Assembly (NCBI RefSeq): GCF_006345805.1
Contig: NC_042999.1
Span: forward strand, 59,830,001 to 59,894,000
Direction of reading: 5' to 3'
Length of the DNA: 64,000 nucleotides
DNA from: Octopus sinensis
Lineage: Eukaryota
The notes under the pieces were generated by a model. That model saw nothing but the letters and a program-made list of their open reading frames with translations. It was not told the DNA's origin and ran no database searches. The stretch's first letter is position 1; each line of letters opens with the position of its first letter. Shown here in pieces: positions 62,676 to 64,000 of this stretch. The translations under genes and the position numbers were made by a program.

Positions 62676-64000
62676 GCAATATATATATTTATTTATTTAT
62701 TTATTTATATATAATCATGTCAGTGAATTTATTAATCCTCTCCATGAAGGGTCATTGACCTCTTTAGGAGATTTTATGATGCAACCACTTCTTGTTGCAA
62801 TTATTTATTGTTCACTAAAATCTTTGATTGATTGATTAACTGGCTGTGATTCATCATTGATTGCTCATATTACTATTGTTGCTGTTGTCTTTCTTGCTGC
62901 TGTTTTCGTTCACTCTCCCTCCTCCTCTAGCATATCTGCACCATTCTACCGCTTGGAAGCAATCCATATACGCAGCAGCAACATACAAGATAGAGTAGGA
63001 TTCACAGTTTCTCTTATCTTGCTGTTTTGAAGGGTTGTGTTATAATAAATACCATGGCTAAGATTGTATCCATCCCAAAGACTAGTAGAGATCTTCAGGG
63101 CCAGAAACTAAGACTGCATCCGAAACTCTCAGGGAGACCATGCGGGCTGCAACGTAAGACTGTATCCCAAAGGCTATGAGGCATCTTGAGGGCCAGAACC
63201 TCCTTCAGCTCCTCTCAATTACTGATGTTCTGATGTGTTGAAGTGCGTTCCCAAAGTAGAAAGTCCTGGGTCAAGAAAAGAACAAGCTTGTGTGTCTAAC
63301 CACTGCAATATCATCAGATGCTGACTGCCCTCCGCCAGTTGAGCAATGCAGTTGATGGATGTTCTGATTTAGCAGCAAAAAAATAAGATTAATGGTGTGT
63401 AAAAACAATGACATTCTTAGAGAAACTTTAGGTGTCTACATAAACTAGCTAGCCAGTTTGTTTTGAAGGACCTTTAGGATGGTTATGACTTGAGATAGCT
63501 TCTAGAAATCCTTGACTTGACGATGCTCCAGAGGAGCACTACTGGTTCAAAATAAACTCCAGAGATTTAGAAGTGCCATCAGGAAGGATTGTCTGAGTGA
63601 GTGCAGAGCAACAAAACTATGTTGCTCTTACATGTGCAGTGTCCAAGCATTACTGACTTGTGGAGTTATGTTGGAGTTATGCGGGACAAATTCACCTATT
63701 GGCTAAGTCCACTGTGAAGATTGCTGCGCTGCCTGCCTTAACAAGGTAAGGCAAGCCACATTCCTCTGTCTGGTGGCCATGGGGAAAGGCTGTATAGGGG
63801 ACAAAAGTGAAAGCATTGAGGACAGACTTCTACCTCTTTGGTTAAACTCTCATTGACTTTTTCAAATCCTGCTTGGAAAGGAAAGCAAAAGTAATTAGGG
63901 AGATGATCTCTCCTAATGAATTTGTCAAAATGTGAGTGACAATGGCAAAAATGAGCTGGGTGAAAGGAACTACTCTAAGCATATGCTTGTAGATTGAAGA

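Noticed and set aside
63060-63210. Recurring AAGACTG(C/T)ATCC and ATCTT(C/G)AGGGCCAGAA blocks
   Set aside because: Short degenerate duplication, no ORF or structure identified; probably an old element remnant.

Overview
AT-rich, intron-containing eukaryotic (animal) genomic DNA, dominated by microsatellites and several high-copy SINE, MITE and other transposon families. The repeat landscape suggests a coleoid cephalopod such as Octopus; this is inferred from recalled repeat families, not checked by search. Two genuine genes are visible. One is a U1 snRNA gene (30425-30587, +) with compensatory stem changes, an atypical Sm site and a partial 3' duplicate. The other is a 2032-nt exon (52026-54057, +) with clear splice sites, a uORF-bearing leader and 591 codons of a Q/H/N/S-rich protein ending in SPRKRHR...RPCLDFEKMQ; its other exons were not found in the window. 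The rest comprises tRNA-headed SINE families (labelled B, D, E, F, G here), a (GAT)n-tailed retroposon family with internal tandem arrays (A), two mariner relics, several MITE families, Helitron-like elements, RTE-like LINE relics and a 1.41-kb tandem duplication. The most interesting observations are two related minimal hammerhead-ribozyme-like motifs, a roughly 90-bp-arm foldback next to one of them, the variant U1 locus, the uORF/overlapping-ORF leader, and inverted repeats bracketing the large exon (a circRNA or A-to-I editing configuration). Nearly all other ORFs in the supplied track are artefacts of simple repeats. Repeat boundaries were read by eye and are approximate unless a TSD or TIR is quoted.
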